Part shown: positions 29,877 to 40,667 of the stretch, in pieces
How positions within the stretch are numbered: the stretch's first letter is position 1
Layout: each line of letters begins with the position of its first letter
Source: Promethearchaeota archaeon
GTDB lineage: Archaea > Asgardarchaeota > Lokiarchaeia > Sigyniarchaeales > SOKP01
NCBI GenBank assembly: GCA_016839555.1
Contig: JAEOUA010000006.1
Span: forward strand, 539,912 to 603,911
Length of the DNA: 64,000 bases
Direction: 5' to 3'
Translations under genes and position numbers: made by a program
The notes under the pieces: model-generated
The model's database searches: none
What the model saw: the letters and a program-made list of their open reading frames with translations, nothing else
What the model was told of the DNA's origin: nothing

Positions 29877-31418
29877 TTATACTTCAATTTGATATTCATT
29901 TAAAAACTTTAAAAAATTATTTTGTTTTTCATCTAGATATTTATTATCTTGTTTAATTCTTAAAATTTTTTGAATAGAGTTAAATGATTGTTCCTTTACT
30001 TTAATTCTTGCAATATTTAAATCGTTAAATCTCTTATAATATTTGGTCCAAAGTGTAATACCTTCTCTTATAGATAAATCATTCGAGGGCCTTACACAAT
30101 ATTCACCATGTTTTTGAGCAAATAAATCTTGATAGACCCACCATTTCATAGAAATAGGATATGCTTTAGAGCCGTATTTCTCAGTAAAATATTTCATATT
30201 ATTAAATATAAATGTTCCTGGATAATTATGAAATCTTCGTATATTTAAAGCAATTTTATCAAAATCATTATTTAGGAATATTTTTTCTAAATCTTGAAAT
30301 AATTGAAATAATGATTCTCTCGTTTCACCAGGATGTAATAAGAGTAGATTGATTTGACAGAGATAATTTAATTTTTTATGTATGTCTAAAATTTTTATAA
30401 ATTTATCAATGAATTTCTCTGGATTATTGGTTTTATTCATAATTTTTAACATTTCATAATTTGTATGCTCTAAACCGTACCAATTGAAAAAATTTTTTTT
30501 TTGAAGTCTTTTTAATATATTTTCACTTAATATATCTAGTCTAGTTTCAACCCAAAATGAACAAGAATCTTGAGGGGTATATTGATTAAGGAAGGAATTT
30601 AACCATTTTTGACTAAATCCAAAGATGCTATCGACAAACCCATAATTTTTTATATTATGTTGCAAACCAAACTCCACCATATTTTCAACTTCTTTTGCTG
30701 CCCTTGATGGAGAATAAGATCTCCATTTTTTTATTTTATCAATTCCGTTTATTAATGTTTTTTCAATACAGAAATGACAATTAAAAGGGCATCCTCGTGA
30801 AAGATTAATGGCGAGTTCTGAAAAATCATCTAGATATTTTTTAACAGAGAGAGATGAAAAATCTAACTGGGGAAGACTATTTAAATCTTCAATAAAGCTT
30901 TTTTTTAATATTATTGGGGTATTATTTTTTTTAGGATTGTTAATAATAAGATTATATAGAGAGTATTCACCCTCTCCTTGAATTAAATAATCAATAGAAT
31001 GATTATTCTTGAAATCCTCTTTACAAGCTGAAATATGAGTACCTCCAACAACTATTGGACTGCTTTTATAAAATTTTTTGAAATATTTTGCTAAAATTTT
31101 AGTAGGCAGATACAAATGACTAAAAGAACATGAAATGCATATTAACGTAGATTCATCAATCTCAAAATCTAAAGTATCTATAAGATGATTCATTTGAGAA
31201 TAAAATCGCTTAATTTCTTCCCTGCTAAAATCATTTAATATAATTTTATTTTTCTTTTGTTCAATAGGTAAATATAAGATATCAAATTTTAAACTCCTTA
31301 ATTTTGATTTTAAAAAATTTTCCAAATAAAATGGCCAAGCGAGTAGAATAGTTGATAAATGCTTTTCTAACAATGAGAAAGGTTGTATGAATAAAACTTT
31401 TTTAATCATATTTCGCAA
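29877..31418 (-). CDS. B12-binding radical SAM protein
   Basis: VVGGTH..GEGE cobalamin-binding domain; SRGCPFNCHFC; HPGET. Confidence 0.9.
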   Translation of the reverse strand: MRNMIKKVLFIQPFSLLEKHLSTILLAWPFYLENFLKSKLRSLKFDILYLPIEQKKNKIILNDFSREEIKRFYSQMNHLIDTLDFEIDESTLICISCSFSHLYLPTKILAKYFKKFYKSSPIVVGGTHISACKEDFKNNHSIDYLIQGEGEYSLYNLIINNPKKNNTPIILKKSFIEDLNSLPQLDFSSLSVKKYLDDFSELAINLSRGCPFNCHFCIEKTLINGIDKIKKWRSYSPSRAAKEVENMVEFGLQHNIKNYGFVDSIFGFSQKWLNSFLNQYTPQDSCSFWVETRLDILSENILKRLQKKNFFNWYGLEHTNYEMLKIMNKTNNPEKFIDKFIKILDIHKKLNYLCQINLLLLHPGETRESLFQLFQDLEKIFLNNDFDKIALNIRRFHNYPGTFIFNNMKYFTEKYGSKAYPISMKWWVYQDLFAQKHGEYCVRPSNDLSIREGITLWTKYYKRFNDLNIARIKVKEQSFNSIQKILRIKQDNKYLDEKQNNFLKFLNEYQIEV

Positions 31419-31534
31419 TTGATTTCTAAAAAATATTATAAAAAGTAAACGAGAATTTTTTCTTTAAAAAATACGATTTTAAATATTTAAATTTAAAGTT
31501 ATAGAGAGAGATTAATAATAAAAATGGAGCAAAA

Positions 31535-32893
31535 ATGCTAAATAAAGACAAACTAATTAAAAATATAATCTCATACTTAAAATCAAAAGGAAAAATAAGA
31601 GCTGCGCTTCTTTCTAAATTAATTAAAGATTTTTGTTATAGAAAATCTGCTATTAATATTCAGAAATCTGAAAATGAGCTAATAGAAATACTTCTGAAAA
31701 TGTTGAGATATAGGATTATTGATATAATTATTCCTGAACTTTTTGATAAATTCTGGGAGAAAAAATCTATTAAAAATTTGAAATATTTTAAGGATGGAAT
31801 TTATTATTTGAGTGAATATAGAGGAATAAAAAAAGAGAATTTTCCTCAAATTAATAATGAATATTTTAACTCAAAAAAAATGAATTTTAATAACTTAGCA
31901 ATACTAAAAAATCAAATACTCCAATTAAAAAAACTAATAACAAAGAATCCAAATTTACATAAAAAAACAATTATATATTACCCAAAAAATAGTGATCCTT
32001 TAACTATATACGATAATAATTCTAAAATAAATTATAAATTGAATAATCTAGATTTTAAATTAAATAACTCTGATTTTAAAATACAAGAAAAATTAATTTA
32101 TCCCTTGAAAGAACAGAGATTTAATTTGAGTATAATGGGGAAATATAGAAATAGCTATATGTGTTTTTATATCCCTTTAATAGAATCGATTCAAAAAAGA
32201 ATAATGGATCTTCAAAATTTTCGAAATGTAAAAAATAAAAGTCTAATTGACTCATTTACTCAAAAATTTGCTTATTACTGTCAAATGTATGTAAACAGTG
32301 ATTGGGTAGATATATCTGAACCGAATTCATCAAGATGGGAATCCTTCTTTAGATATTTTAAAATTCCAATTAAGATATTATCTTTTAAATTCCAATTATT
32401 GAAATTTCATGGAGGAGTTTTTGAAGTTGGAGCAGAATTAAAATTAAGGTCCCTTTTTAAAAAAAAAAAGACCAATTGCATGGATGATATCAAAGCAACT
32501 GGATTAAAACTTCTAAAAAACTCTAACAAAAATATCGAAATTGGATTGGATATTGATTTTTTTTTACCTTGCCCTTCTATAGAATATTTCTATTTTATCA
32601 CAAAATATTTTTATTTTTATCATTTATTTCTTTTATTTCATTATACAGTTCCCTATATTAATGGAAAGAATAAATTTAGCATAAAAGAACAGAATTTATA
32701 TGAAATTTTTTTACCTGTTCTTAATGATTTATTTATTATGAATAAAAGAAAATTCAATGAAAAATTAATATTCAAATATTATACTTTCAATCCAAATGAA
32801 TTAGAATTAATCTATAACAAATTTTTATTAGAGAAAATAAAGTTTATAGAGAAAAAATTATATACTTATTTCATAATTCGTAGTTCTAGTTGA
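31535..32893 (+). CDS. hypothetical protein
   Basis: 452-aa ORF; no recognised motif. Confidence 0.6.
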   Translation: MLNKDKLIKNIISYLKSKGKIRAALLSKLIKDFCYRKSAINIQKSENELIEILLKMLRYRIIDIIIPELFDKFWEKKSIKNLKYFKDGIYYLSEYRGIKKENFPQINNEYFNSKKMNFNNLAILKNQILQLKKLITKNPNLHKKTIIYYPKNSDPLTIYDNNSKINYKLNNLDFKLNNSDFKIQEKLIYPLKEQRFNLSIMGKYRNSYMCFYIPLIESIQKRIMDLQNFRNVKNKSLIDSFTQKFAYYCQMYVNSDWVDISEPNSSRWESFFRYFKIPIKILSFKFQLLKFHGGVFEVGAELKLRSLFKKKKTNCMDDIKATGLKLLKNSNKNIEIGLDIDFFLPCPSIEYFYFITKYFYFYHLFLLFHYTVPYINGKNKFSIKEQNLYEIFLPVLNDLFIMNKRKFNEKLIFKYYTFNPNELELIYNKFLLEKIKFIEKKLYTYFIIRSSS

Positions 32894-32904
32894 TAATAAT
32901 TTTG

Positions 32905-32930
32905 AAAAAAACCGAAAGATTTAAATATAT
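32905..32930 (+). promoter_or_regulatory. BRE-TATA promoter upstream of tfb
   Basis: AAAAAACCGAAAGA followed by TTTAAATAT. Confidence 0.45.
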
Positions 32931-33080
32931 AAATTACATATTATAAATTTGCATCGGGTAGTTTTTCATCAGTCACTGGGTAAATTATAAAATTTTTAAA
33001 TATTGGGTTAAAAATCATTTATTAAGGAGAACTTCTTGTCTTTCAATAGTATTTCTAATAAATTAAGAGGTTAATATAAT

Positions 33081-33974
33081 TTGAGAACAAAATTAGAAAT
33101 TAATATTAATTCAAGTTTATGTCCAGAATGTGGAGGAAAAATAATTCCAATTCAAGAAAAGGGTGAGAATGTATGTTCTCGCTGTGGATTGGTAATAAAT
33201 GAGAGAATATTAGATATTTCACATACTGGAAAAAGAGCTTTCACAAAACAGGAAAAAGAAAAAAGGGAGAGGACGGGATCTCCTATATCAATTCTTCTTC
33301 CTGATATGGGACTCAGCACAGTTATAGATAAATCAAATATTAAAAATCCTGATCTTAAGAGAGCTGCAAAATGGAATTCTAGAATGACTTGGGATAAAAG
33401 GAATATGTTAATTGCGACAACTGAATTAAAAAGGATCGCAAGTAACTTAAATTTGCCTTCCCATGTTAAAAAAGCAGCTATTAGATTATATATTGAAGCT
33501 TTTAAGAAAAAATTATTAAGAGGTCGATCAATTAATGGTATGGTTGCCGCATGCCTTTATTTTTCTTGTAGAAAAAGGAAAATTCCTCGAACTTTACAAG
33601 AAATTCTGGAAGAGACCTCAGTATCAGCAAAAAATGTAAGAAGATGTTATAGAACAATTATAAGAGAATTAAATTTAAAAGCCCCCTCTACAGATCCCAT
33701 ATCACTTGTTCCACGTTTTATAGCAGAATTAAGATTAGATGTAAATGCTGAGAAAAAAGCAATAAAAATTTTAAAAGCATATATATCCACCTATTCTATT
33801 AGTGGAAAAGATCCTAAAGGATTATGTGCAGGTGCTTTATATTTAGTATGCAAAATTCAAAATAGAAAAATTTCCCAAAAAGAAATTGCAAATTTAGTAG
33901 GAGTGACGGAGGTTACTTTAAGATCAAGATATAAAGATATTATTAAAAGATTAAATATAAAATTAAAAAAATAA
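33081..33974 (+). CDS. tfb: transcription initiation factor IIB
   Basis: CPECGG..CSRCGLV Zn ribbon, ERTG.P B-reader, RGRS, PRTL.EI, GKDP.GL, Q..IA...GVTEVTLR.RY. Confidence 0.95.
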   Translation: MRTKLEININSSLCPECGGKIIPIQEKGENVCSRCGLVINERILDISHTGKRAFTKQEKEKRERTGSPISILLPDMGLSTVIDKSNIKNPDLKRAAKWNSRMTWDKRNMLIATTELKRIASNLNLPSHVKKAAIRLYIEAFKKKLLRGRSINGMVAACLYFSCRKRKIPRTLQEILEETSVSAKNVRRCYRTIIRELNLKAPSTDPISLVPRFIAELRLDVNAEKKAIKILKAYISTYSISGKDPKGLCAGALYLVCKIQNRKISQKEIANLVGVTEVTLRSRYKDIIKRLNIKLKK

Positions 33975-33982
33975 AATTCCTA

Positions 33983-34567
33983 TTATAAATTTTCTTTTTT
34001 CATCATAATTTTTAAAAAATCCGGAAGAGTTAAAAGATAACTTTGGGCGTTGGGTAGATGACTTTTAATTTTAATAAATAGGTCTGAATAATAATGGGCT
34101 CTTTCTTTTTGTTCTAACACGTCATTTCTGGTTTGTTCCCTTTTTTTTTCAATGGGAATTCCTTTCATGACTGCTCTAGCAGGAACAACAAAACCAGGAG
34201 GTACTTCACTTTTATTTAAAATTATCGCCCCTTCTCCCACAGATGTTTCCTCATATAAAATACTTCCTTCCATGATTTGAACATAATCTTCCAAAAAACT
34301 CCCTAAAATAGTCACACCCGTTTCAACTATACAATATCTCCCGATGTGAATTGAACTTTTAGCGAATCGAGTGTAAAAAACTACTCCATCAAATATCGTG
34401 GAATATTCACCAATATTAATTTGAGATTTATCTGCACGTATTATAGATCCAGGCCAAATTATAGCATTATCATTAACTTTTACATCTCCAATCAGCGTTG
34501 CTTGTGGTGAAACATAAGCATTTTCACTAATATCTGGCTTTTTACCTTCAAATTCAATTAGAGTCAT
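33983..34567 (-). CDS. gamma-carbonic-anhydrase-like left-handed beta-helix protein
   Basis: P.I...AYV.P.AT.IGDV, IW.GS.IRAD hexapeptide repeats; the Zn-ligand histidines are not evident. Confidence 0.8.
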   Translation of the reverse strand: MTLIEFEGKKPDISENAYVSPQATLIGDVKVNDNAIIWPGSIIRADKSQINIGEYSTIFDGVVFYTRFAKSSIHIGRYCIVETGVTILGSFLEDYVQIMEGSILYEETSVGEGAIILNKSEVPPGFVVPARAVMKGIPIEKKREQTRNDVLEQKERAHYYSDLFIKIKSHLPNAQSYLLTLPDFLKIMMKKENL

Positions 34568-34705
34568 TTTATTTTGTAATTATTTTTAATTTAAGATAAT
34601 TGAACGAATATTATTAACTCTTTTAAATTTAAGTTAATTTATATATTTTAATAAAAATTAGGAAGAAAACACACCATAATTAGCAAACAAAAATCTAATT
34701 ATATT

Positions 34706-35533
34706 TTAAATAATCTCTCTCTGATAATATTTAAACGGATTTTTAGATTCGTATATTATAAATTCATCAAAAGGAAATTCAAGGCTTAGATAATTATAAA
34801 GCTTTTTTAAGGTATAAAATTCTGCACCATAATGAGGTATATTTATTAAAGCCAATCCAAGATCACTTGCATATATAGCTTTCTCATAATTTATATATGA
34901 GGAAATATAACAATCGCAATTATATTTTAAAGCATTTTTTAGATAGATTATATTCTCTGAATCTCCTCCCACAATACAAATTTGTTTGATTTCTTTTTCT
35001 AAATTCCCAACATATTCAATAATTTCTAAATTAAAATTCATAATAATTCTTCTCAGAAGGTCTTTTAGATGAAATTGTTTTTTTTCTTCTTGATAATTTT
35101 TTGGACTACATATTCTTCCGATTGGAACATTAATCCCATTATTATTTTTTATTTCAAAAAGTTTTTCTGTTTTTAAATATAATATATCTGCTATTGTTTG
35201 TGAAATACCATTTTCAGCAGCTATAAAAGATGAATTTAAAATATAAATAGAGATGGGATATTTTGAAAGTAAATTTAACTGATTAATTAACTTTTTATCA
35301 AAATTAAAAGCTGGTTTCTTTAGTAATGGATGATGAGATATTATTAAATTAACTTTATTTTTTATAGCATGATATATAGCTTTTAGACTTGGATCTATGG
35401 TTATCATTATTTTTTTAATAAATTTTTCATCATATATATCCCCATATTGAATTCCATAAAATTCAGATGTTTTTTTAAATATTTTTGGCGCTATTTTGTT
35501 TTCTAAGATTTTTCTCAATTCTTTATATTGCAT
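34706..35533 (-). CDS. NIF3 / GTP cyclohydrolase 1 type 2 family protein
   Basis: G.Q.G, TIDP, IISHHPL, GRI, HYGAE; start moved to MQYKEL. Confidence 0.82.
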   Translation of the reverse strand: MQYKELRKILENKIAPKIFKKTSEFYGIQYGDIYDEKFIKKIMITIDPSLKAIYHAIKNKVNLIISHHPLLKKPAFNFDKKLINQLNLLSKYPISIYILNSSFIAAENGISQTIADILYLKTEKLFEIKNNNGINVPIGRICSPKNYQEEKKQFHLKDLLRRIIMNFNLEIIEYVGNLEKEIKQICIVGGDSENIIYLKNALKYNCDCYISSYINYEKAIYASDLGLALINIPHYGAEFYTLKKLYNYLSLEFPFDEFIIYESKNPFKYYQREII

Positions 35534-35673
35534 AAAAACACCTATTTTGCAATTGAATAAAAAAAATTCATTCAAATATTAAAAAATGATCTCTCTTCTA
35601 ATTTTTTTAAAATTTAATGATTGAAAAGATGTGTGTAGTTTAAAAAGATATTAATTAAAATATAATAGAAAAA

Positions 35674-35883
35674 ATGAATATTAAAAAAATCTATAAAATA
35701 ATAATTAAGAAGATAAAAAGCTTTTTCATAGATGAAAATGGAGGAAGTTTTGTCGAATATGCGCTATTACTTGGATTTGGTTTATTTATATTCTTTATAA
35801 TTTTTTCCATAATATCAAACATCTTGAATTGGACAATAGGGTTATCTCAAGATTTTTTTAATCTTTTTACATTACAAGGATAA
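35674..35883 (+). CDS. Flp-like type IV pilin with class III signal peptide
   Basis: basic leader ..FFIDENG|GSFVEYALLLG (E+5, Y+6) followed by a hydrophobic helix; 69 aa. Confidence 0.7.
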   Translation: MNIKKIYKIIIKKIKSFFIDENGGSFVEYALLLGFGLFIFFIIFSIISNILNWTIGLSQDFFNLFTLQG

Positions 35884-35893
35884 CATATTTTTC

Positions 35894-36256
35894 TTAAATT
35901 ATTTTTACTTTATCATAATCTAATTCAAGATTAAATTTATCTCTCCATTCTCTAAGCATTTCAAAAAAGTATTCTTTATTTATTTTTAAATATTCCAAAA
36001 AATCATTTAATTGAATAGATTTAGCTCCTTTAAATAAATCTACAATTTTTTTTTCAATAAGAATATTATCTGGTTTAATTTTCTTTCTTGATCTTAATTC
36101 TCTTAATAAAGCAAAATTATTACTGTTATTGAAAAAATGATGAACTATATTTGTTATTACGGCAGCTTGAGTTCTTCCAAAAACACCTACCAATTCATTT
36201 ATCATATCCATGTAAATTTTGCTTAAAGTAACAGTCGTTCTTTCTGTATCTGTCAT
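35894..36256 (-). CDS. putative ribbon-helix-helix DNA-binding protein
   Basis: ERTTVTLS...INELV..FG.TQAAVI pattern. Confidence 0.55.
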   Translation of the reverse strand: MTDTERTTVTLSKIYMDMINELVGVFGRTQAAVITNIVHHFFNNSNNFALLRELRSRKKIKPDNILIEKKIVDLFKGAKSIQLNDFLEYLKINKEYFFEMLREWRDKFNLELDYDKVKII

Positions 36257-36404
36257 ATAAAATTATAACAAAATTTCAACTAATTTTTCTAAATAAAATT
36301 ATATTTTTATGCTTATTTATGTATTATTATCATAAATTAACATCATTTAAATATAAATATGTTTTATTATTAATTAAAGAATTAAAAAAAAGATTCAAAA
36401 ATTA

Positions 36405-36428
36405 AAATGTCGAATAAATGTCGAATAA
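36405..36428. repeat. 11-bp tandem direct repeat AAATGTCGAAT x2
   Basis: exact duplication between two divergent DNA-binding-protein genes. Confidence 0.7.
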
Positions 36429-36462
36429 TTTTTGGATTGGAATATTAAGTGGAGGATAAATT

Positions 36463-36717
36463 ATGGCAAATAAAGCATTTTCTGGGAATTTTTTGGATCA
36501 AAATGAAATTATATCCCCTTTACAATATAACTTGATTAAGACACTTAAAAATAATGGACCATTAACCAGAAGAGAACTTGTTAATAAATTGAATACACCA
36601 AGAACTACTATTTACGATAATTTAGTAAAATTACTAAAAGAAAATGTAATCAAAAAATTTTCCAGGAATAATGGTAAAAGAGGAAGACCCAAGATATACT
36701 GGGAAATTAATAAATAA
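36463..36717 (+). CDS. small winged-helix transcription regulator (TrmB/ArsR-like)
   Basis: GPLTRRELV..L..PRTTIYDNL..L, GRGRP-like wing (KRGRPKIYW); GGAGG SD. Confidence 0.8.
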   Translation: MANKAFSGNFLDQNEIISPLQYNLIKTLKNNGPLTRRELVNKLNTPRTTIYDNLVKLLKENVIKKFSRNNGKRGRPKIYWEINK

Positions 36718-37048
36718 TTCATCTTTTTTTTATTTTTTAATAAATTATTATTAAAATCAGATATATATAGTTATATTTCCACTGGAAAATATTTAAAAAT
36801 TGATCAAAATAAATATAAATAATATAATATAAAAATGGATCTCAAGTAAAATAATCTTAACTTATTATAAAATTATCTATTAACTATTTATTAATATCTA
36901 TCTCTATTTCATTTTTAATACTACTTATGGAGTGGAAATTTAACTCTCTAAAAATAGAAAACATGAATTATAATACCTAATTCATAATTAATCTAAATTT
37001 CATTATACAAAATCAGAAAAATACCTATTTATTTTCAATTTAATCTAC

Positions 37049-38863
37049 TTATTGGGGGATATAATAATATTCATTAATGCTCTTTTGATAGGTATCTTTA
37101 TTACTACCGATTTTATTTACCCTTGGTCTTTTTGTTCGATTGTCTCTCCTAAAAGTTATACCCATCATTTTTAAAAATGTATTAAATCCATCTCTAAGGT
37201 TTTGTGGAGATAATGCTATTCCTTTAATACCTGGTTTTCCTTTGAAAACTAAAATTGAATCAGCTATAAAATCTTGAGTAATAATATCATGTTCTACAAC
37301 AAATGCTGCTTTTTTGACTTCTTCAATAGATTTTCTTATTAATTGTGCAACTTTAAGTCGCATTTCCACATCTAAAAAAGCAGAAGGCTCATCAAGCAAA
37401 TAAATATCAGCTTCCATTCCCAAACATTTTCCAATGGCCAATCTTTGTAATTCTCCGCCGCTCAATTCAGAAATAAGTTGATCTTTGATAGTATTCAATT
37501 TAAGATAATTTATTAAACGTTTTTTATAAGATTGGCTTATATGAGTGGCCAATTTAATATTAGAAATATATTTAGAGACAGGTTCTTTTTCATCAAAATT
37601 TATATATTGGGGTTTAATAGATACATTTAGTTTATTTCTATTATTTAAATCATCTTGAGCTTTATTATTTGAGTTAATATTCTGAGCAATTAAATTAATA
37701 AATGTGGTTTTACCAATACCATTTGGTCCTAAAATCCCTATAATTTCTCCTGAATGTATTTCACTTCCGGAAATTCGAAGATGAAAATCTCCTAATTCTG
37801 TTTCCATTTCGTCATATGAGTAAATAACATTTCCTAAATCGAAAAGTGATTCTTGAGGTGGTTTTTCATGAAATTGAATAGGTTCTTCCCTAAATCGAAC
37901 ATTTTCATCTTTAATATATCCATTTAAATAAATATTTATTCCGACTCTTACACCTTGCGGATTAGATATAATCCCATATGCACCAGGTTGTCCATATAAT
38001 AGCGAGACATAATCACTTAAATAATCTAAAATTGCCAAATCATGCTCAACAACTATAATTGTTTTATTGTCTTCTTTTAATGTTCTTATTAATTTTGCCA
38101 TATTTATTCTTTCACTAACATCTAAGTATGAGCTCGGTTCATCTATTAAGTAGACATCTCCATCCTTTAAATAGGCAGCAGCAATTGCAACTCTTTGTAA
38201 TTCACCACCAGATAAAACTGAAATTTTTCTTTCTAATATTTCTTCTAAATTTAATTGCTCCGTAATTTTATGTAATTGTTCTTTAGTATCATTCTTTTTT
38301 AAAAGTTCTTCCACTTTTCCTTTGATAAATTTTGGTATAACTGTAATATTTTGAGGTTTTAAAACAATTTCTCTTTTATTATCTTTTAAATCAGTGAAGT
38401 ATTGCTGCAATTCTGAACCTTTGAAAAAATCAATTATTTCCTTCCAATTTGGTGCTGCTTCTCCAAATTTTCCAAAGTTTATTTTAAAATCTCCTGATAA
38501 AATTTTCAATAAGGTACTTTTTCCAATTCCATTTTGACCGATAATACCCAATACTTTACCTTTCTTGGGAACTGCCATTCTAAACAGAGAAAATTGGTCT
38601 GGTCCATATCTATATGTTAGTTCGCTTTCTAAGGGGTCTGGAAGATTTATGATACTTATTGCATTAAAAGGACATTTTTTAATACAAATACCACAGCCAG
38701 AACATAAACTTTCCGTAATTTCAATCTTATTAATTTTTTCATTAAGAACAATTGTTTTATCTCCAGTTCTCACTCTCGGACAATATTTAATACAAGGTTT
38801 TTCACCAAAGGGACTACATTTATCTGGTTTACATTTATCTCTGTTAACGACAGCAATTCGCAT
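37049..38863 (-). CDS. rli: ribosome recycling ATPase ABCE1 (Rli1)
   Basis: N-terminal FeS domain (CKPDKC, CSGCGICIKKCPF), two ABC domains (GQNGIGKS, LSGGELQR, DEPS). Confidence 0.96.
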   Translation of the reverse strand: MRIAVVNRDKCKPDKCSPFGEKPCIKYCPRVRTGDKTIVLNEKINKIEITESLCSGCGICIKKCPFNAISIINLPDPLESELTYRYGPDQFSLFRMAVPKKGKVLGIIGQNGIGKSTLLKILSGDFKINFGKFGEAAPNWKEIIDFFKGSELQQYFTDLKDNKREIVLKPQNITVIPKFIKGKVEELLKKNDTKEQLHKITEQLNLEEILERKISVLSGGELQRVAIAAAYLKDGDVYLIDEPSSYLDVSERINMAKLIRTLKEDNKTIIVVEHDLAILDYLSDYVSLLYGQPGAYGIISNPQGVRVGINIYLNGYIKDENVRFREEPIQFHEKPPQESLFDLGNVIYSYDEMETELGDFHLRISGSEIHSGEIIGILGPNGIGKTTFINLIAQNINSNNKAQDDLNNRNKLNVSIKPQYINFDEKEPVSKYISNIKLATHISQSYKKRLINYLKLNTIKDQLISELSGGELQRLAIGKCLGMEADIYLLDEPSAFLDVEMRLKVAQLIRKSIEEVKKAAFVVEHDIITQDFIADSILVFKGKPGIKGIALSPQNLRDGFNTFLKMMGITFRRDNRTKRPRVNKIGSNKDTYQKSINEYYYIPQ

Positions 38864-38950
38864 TTTAAATTCACTATAAATTTAAATCAAAAATGATAAA
38901 TAAATATATTCATTTAAAAAACTAACGAAATAGGATAAATTAATAAGAAT

Positions 38951-40660
38951 ATGAGTACTGAATATCCCGTACATTGGCTAGAAGATATTATTGATAGAAT
39001 CTTAAAAAAAGGTCAAGATAGAATTACTTTAGCTACTGGAAAAACCCCCTCTGGTCATATCCATATTGGAATTTTACGAGAAATTATAATATGTGATTCT
39101 ATTAGAAGAGTTCTTGAAAAAAAGGGGAAAAAGAGAGTAGGATTTTTTTTATTTCTTGATGATTTTGATGCAGCCAAACGTTTTCCAGAATATATTAAAA
39201 AAGATTTTCAAAAGAAACATATAGGGAAACCATTTTTTTTAATACCATGTCCTTTCGAAGATTGCCAATGTAAAAGTTATGCTTATCATTTTGGAAATGA
39301 ATTAATTTCCACTTTTAAAGATTTTGGAATCAAGACTGAAATAATATGGACTCATGAATTATATAAGATTGAAGAAATGCAAAAAAGAATTAAAATTGCT
39401 CTTGAAAATACAGAAAAGATTAAAAAAATCTTGAGAAAATTTATATTACCTACTTTAGATAATACTAAGAAAAAAGATTTTCTCGAAATGCAAAAAAATT
39501 GGTTACCTGTTATGGCTATATGTAATAACTGTAAAAGGATTCAAACTCAAACAAAAGATGGTTCTATTATTCCAAATCGTATTATTTCATATAATAGAGA
39601 AAAAGAAACAGTAAAATATAAATGCCCTGCGTGCAATTTTGAAGAAGAATTATCCATATATAGTGGTAATCTAAAATTAAATTGGAGGGTTGATTGGCCA
39701 GCTAAATGGGATATTTTTAAAACTACATGTGAACCAGCCGGTAAGGATCACTGCGTAAAAGGAGGATCTTATGATACTGGGTTAGAAATTTCTCAAAAGG
39801 TTTATAAATATGAAGGTCCTATCAAAGTACCATATGAATGGGTTAGATTAGGAGAAAGAGATATGAAAACATCAAAAGGTATCGTTTTTACACCTAAAAA
39901 ATATTTGGATATTGCTGATCCCGAAATATTCAGAATGCTAATATTAAAAACCGATCCTATAAAACATATCTCTTTTAGAATCGAAGAACTCCCGCAATAT
40001 TATAATTATTTTAAAAAAATGAAAGATATTTACTTCTCTCATCAAGTTCCAAAATCAGAGAAAAAAAAAGATTTTTTTAATTATTTGTATCCTCTTGTTA
40101 AAATTGGGGATATTAAAGAAGATAAATCAAAAGATATTCCATTGAATTATTTAATTTTTTTATCTCAAATTCAAAATATTTTAAGTACAAAAAAGTTATA
40201 TAAAAAAGTGAAAGAAATAATGAATGATCCTGCTTTTGAGTCACAAATTACATTATCAAAATTTAAAAATCTTTTAGATAGAACTAATAATTGGATTGAT
40301 GAAATTAAAAAACTCATCAAAGAGGAGAAAGATCAGAAAACAAAAAGAAATATTTTAAACAATATTTCTATTTTTTCTATTCCAGAAAAAATACCTGAGG
40401 ATATAAAAAAGAAATTAAATGAAGCTCAAATTGAGGGTATGAGGATTTTAAGAAATTATTTAATGAATGGTGAAAAATTGGAATCAGATAAAATACAAAA
40501 TAAGATATTTTCAATCGCAAAAGAAGATTTAAAAATTTCTCCTAAAAAATTTTTTCAAGCAATATATCAGATAATCTTTGGGAAAAATTATGGACCGCGG
40601 TTAGGACCATTTTTAGAATTATTAGATAAAAAATGGCTTCTAAATCGATTAAAAATTTAA
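38951..40660 (+). CDS. lysS: lysine--tRNA ligase, class I
   Basis: HW, TPSGHIHIG (HIGH), KL.WRVDWPAKW, EPAGKDH, MKTSKG, GPRLG. Confidence 0.95.
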   Translation: MSTEYPVHWLEDIIDRILKKGQDRITLATGKTPSGHIHIGILREIIICDSIRRVLEKKGKKRVGFFLFLDDFDAAKRFPEYIKKDFQKKHIGKPFFLIPCPFEDCQCKSYAYHFGNELISTFKDFGIKTEIIWTHELYKIEEMQKRIKIALENTEKIKKILRKFILPTLDNTKKKDFLEMQKNWLPVMAICNNCKRIQTQTKDGSIIPNRIISYNREKETVKYKCPACNFEEELSIYSGNLKLNWRVDWPAKWDIFKTTCEPAGKDHCVKGGSYDTGLEISQKVYKYEGPIKVPYEWVRLGERDMKTSKGIVFTPKKYLDIADPEIFRMLILKTDPIKHISFRIEELPQYYNYFKKMKDIYFSHQVPKSEKKKDFFNYLYPLVKIGDIKEDKSKDIPLNYLIFLSQIQNILSTKKLYKKVKEIMNDPAFESQITLSKFKNLLDRTNNWIDEIKKLIKEEKDQKTKRNILNNISIFSIPEKIPEDIKKKLNEAQIEGMRILRNYLMNGEKLESDKIQNKIFSIAKEDLKISPKKFFQAIYQIIFGKNYGPRLGPFLELLDKKWLLNRLKI

Positions 40661-40667
40661 ATTTAAT

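Noticed and set aside
29298-32893. Possible genomic island after tRNA-Ile
   Set aside because: Genes look accessory, but no att duplication or mobility gene is visible.
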